A DNA stretch of 64,000 bases from Podarcis filfolensis (lineage: Eukaryota): NCBI GenBank assembly GCA_964270895.1, contig OZ185435.1; one strand, written 5' to 3'. Positions within the stretch are counted from its first letter, which is position 1, and each line of letters begins with the position of its first letter. The position numbers and the translations under genes are program-made. This document shows positions 60,985 to 64,000 of the stretch, in pieces. A model generated the notes under the pieces. It saw nothing but the letters and a program-made list of their open reading frames with translations, was not told the DNA's origin and searched no databases.

Positions 60985-63900
60985 GCACCAGGAAGGCTTG
61001 TGCTACAGGGAAGAACAGCCAGAAAAGGGCTTTTTCTCCTGCACAAGGAGATGGCAGGGGAATGAGGTTAACAACATAAACACTTGTTTATAATGCAAAT
61101 AAGCTAGCAATAGTTGCTCAGTATTCCTGCTTGCACCTTTGTGTTTCTTATTCTCATGCAGGATTCTTCCATCCACCAGTTCTTTTATATCTTATACCAC
61201 AGAAAGCCTAGAACCAAGAACAGAACTAGACATAACAGCAGAACTTTGTTTATTATACCTAGCTCCAGCACTATAGGTTCTTCACTTGGTTACCCAGCCA
61301 GGCAACAAATCCTTCTGGATCTGTTGCGGAAGAGCTTGGGAATAGAAGTCCCAAGGTTCAGAGTTTGGTTCCCAAAAAGGAGAATGAGCAGATAATTCAG
61401 TCATTTTTCTAAGCAATTTTGTCCTCCACCCGTCTTGCCAGAATACAGAGCAAGCAGTTGGAACAAGAGCACATGTCTACAAAATCAAGCTACTTTTTGC
61501 AGAGGATGACATGGGGTGCTGATAAGCAGCAAGGTGACATTTTGATAGCCATAGGGGTATTGAACCAGTGATAAACTTCATGCTAGAAAGCATTCCTGAA
61601 AATATTCAGACCTAGTGTTGGGGGTGTTTGCAAACCTATGTTCTGAGGTTAAATAGATTACTTTGCCCTTGCCCTTTTCATTACATAGTATATATATTAT
61701 AATATTGGGAATCAGCTTTCCTACCCAAAGAAAATCTGACATTTAAATTGCTAGGTTCCTATTGGAGGCTGGCTGTTTCTTCACAGCACATGCCTGCTGA
61801 CTCATCAAGGCAGTGCCGAAAGAATTCAGTCTAGGTTTCAATCAAACAGTCCCTTGTACAAAGAGCCAAGAGAGGCAGCAGGAGGCACAAGCAAAGCACA
61901 GTCCAATCCTGGCTCTAAAATAACATTCACCCATTTTATTCAGCAACCTGGCTAGCAGGGGATTAGCAATGAGGCTTCCCTCAAAATGCTAAATATGCCC
62001 CTTTCACCTTTTTGTGCTAGGATGCTTATCAGGCAATCTTGTTAAACAGATGCTAGTGGATTTGAAGGCAGGGAGAGGAAGAAAAATGTCACAGCATACA
62101 TATGAAAGAAACTAAAATGCTTACAACACCTATTGAGCCAGAAAGGTGTATTCACACCCATTTCCTTGTAAAATGGCTGGTATTTAATGCATTAGACAAC
62201 AAAATAAGTGGATCTAATATACCCTCAAACAGAAGGGAACTTGCTCAGCTATAAAGACATGCCACCCTAGAGTAGACTGCTCATGTGATAAGCCCTTTAG
62301 GTTATTTGGGGACAGTGCTGACCTTGTACAACCAGTAGCAGCTCACAGAATTGGCAGTAGTGTGGAACTCCAGTGTACTAGGATGCAGACGTGGTGTTGC
62401 ATGGTCCTCTAGACAGCCTGAAAAGGATTTATACCAGACATCTTGTCTCTAACTTGATTAAAAAACATTCTTTTGGCTGGACATACTTTGGGCTCTTAGC
62501 AGTTGACTTCTCTCACAAAAATATTGCTGTCCCTGAAGTTTCACTTCACCGTTATTATGTACTGTTCCTACCACCAGTACAGAGCCAACGGACAGCACTA
62601 ACCTTTGTTCTGACAACAAGCTTCTATGCTATCTCAAAGCAAACTGCCTCTCTGCCAAAAGAACTGTCAACATCCATAACATTCTAGAACAGGACTTTGT
62701 CTACCATTCAGGCTACATGCTGAAGTGTGACACACAACTCCTGCCCTCTTTCAGGTGAGCCGTCACATCAAAAGCACCACCCTGCAGGGCCATCCTAGAA
62801 CCCCCCCTTCCTATCCTAAAATCGTAAAGTTTATCAAAGGTTAGTGTACTTGAGAACCAAGAGGTGGGAAGTGATACTGTTACTCATTGCAAAAGGACCG
62901 TGTGTCCAATACACATCCATCCTCCCTCCCATGAATTGCTGATACAGCTCTGATGGTGTGTTCCAGTTCAGAAGGCAGCACTTGATACACTGCATGTACT
63001 GTATTGGATTACAAAGTCGACACCCAACAACAATCTCCAATCTGTAGTGACATCTAAGCCCTACACACAGATTAGGGGAAAAACAAAGACTACACTGAGT
63101 TCCTAGAACTTGGCAAGATAGAATTTCATTTTGTAAACGTGTTGCTTGATATCCACCAGATACTGTTCCTCAGGCAAGTTCTGAAGGCTGATTAATCCTC
63201 AAGGTATTTTGAGAGACCAAAAACAGAAAAACCAGAGAAATGAGACTATACAATTTCAAACACAGAAAATTCTTCAGGGCCCATCTATCCCCTCTCCAGA
63301 ACCATTCCTATATAGATCTTCCATAGGAGGCTCATCCAACCTAGTTAAAAATTCAATCAAAATAGATCCATGAAGGACAGGCCCTATGGTGAAGGGAAAT
63401 GGTCCACTTCAAGTGATAATTTTTGATGCGACATTAAAAGGCAAGCAACTGTCTTAAGAGCAGGATACCTGAAATATTGTCTTACCTCTCTTATGTACCC
63501 AAATGATCACTGTACTCTGCAAGGGAGGGCCTCCTACAAATACCATCTTATCAGGTGGTCTTTAGTGCAGTGACACTTACCCTTAGGAATTCCCTCCCCT
63601 TGAATATCAGACAGGAGCTGTCTCTGTTGTCTTTTGGATGCCAACTCAAGACCTTCCTCTTTCAACCAGCCTTTTGAATTGAGATATTTTGCTGTCTGAA
63701 TCCATATTGGAATTATTGTTTTATCACTTGTTGTTTGCCATCCTAGGCTCCTTTGGGAAGAAGAGTGGGATATTAACTAACTAACTAACTAAATAATTTA
63801 AACCACCTTGAAAAAGGTCATCAGGACAAAAAAGCACACCCTAAAAAAATACACAGAACACACTTTTATACATACTATACATGTTCAACAGGGCTTGCTC

Positions 63901-64000
63901 CTAGGTAAGTGTGTTGTTTCAAACTTTGAATCAAATGCCATACCACCTCCTCCTTCCTCTCTCATCACCTAATCAGTTCGCATTCTGCATAAATAATTTT

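Noticed and set aside
60336-61079. Overlapping ORFs with repeated peptides and a poly-Tyr run
   Set aside because: They are translations of MITE tandem repeats and the (TAT)12 microsatellite.

Overview
Vertebrate genomic DNA, not prokaryotic. It is a squamate reptile and probably a lacertid lizard, inferred from a Sauria-SINE copy and lizard-type MITEs. Splice-aware reading of both strands gives three multi-exon protein-coding genes. (1) + strand, 1114-14539: an intact but strongly diverged RACGAP1/CYK4-like gene with 15 coding exons; its first coding exon lies upstream of the window. (2) - strand, 21440-30072 plus a probable first exon at 32869-32910 in a CpG island: PRKAG3 (AMPK gamma-3). 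(3) - strand, 42538-60073: TTLL4 polyglutamylase, complete CDS. The rest is intron or intergenic DNA containing an L1-clade 3' end, CR1/L2 tails, tRNA-derived SINEs, mariner-type and hAT-type MITEs, microsatellites and one 167-N gap. The most interesting points: the RACGAP1 paralogue next to PRKAG3 looks like a retained whole-genome-duplication copy with altered phospho-regulatory residues; a cryptic 12 x 7-aa (21-nt) repeat expands the PRKAG3 N-terminal exon; CYP27A1 is missing between TTLL4 and PRKAG3 and their relative orientation differs from human; and strong-context uORFs precede the TTLL4 start. Human comparisons are recalled from memory and were not computed.
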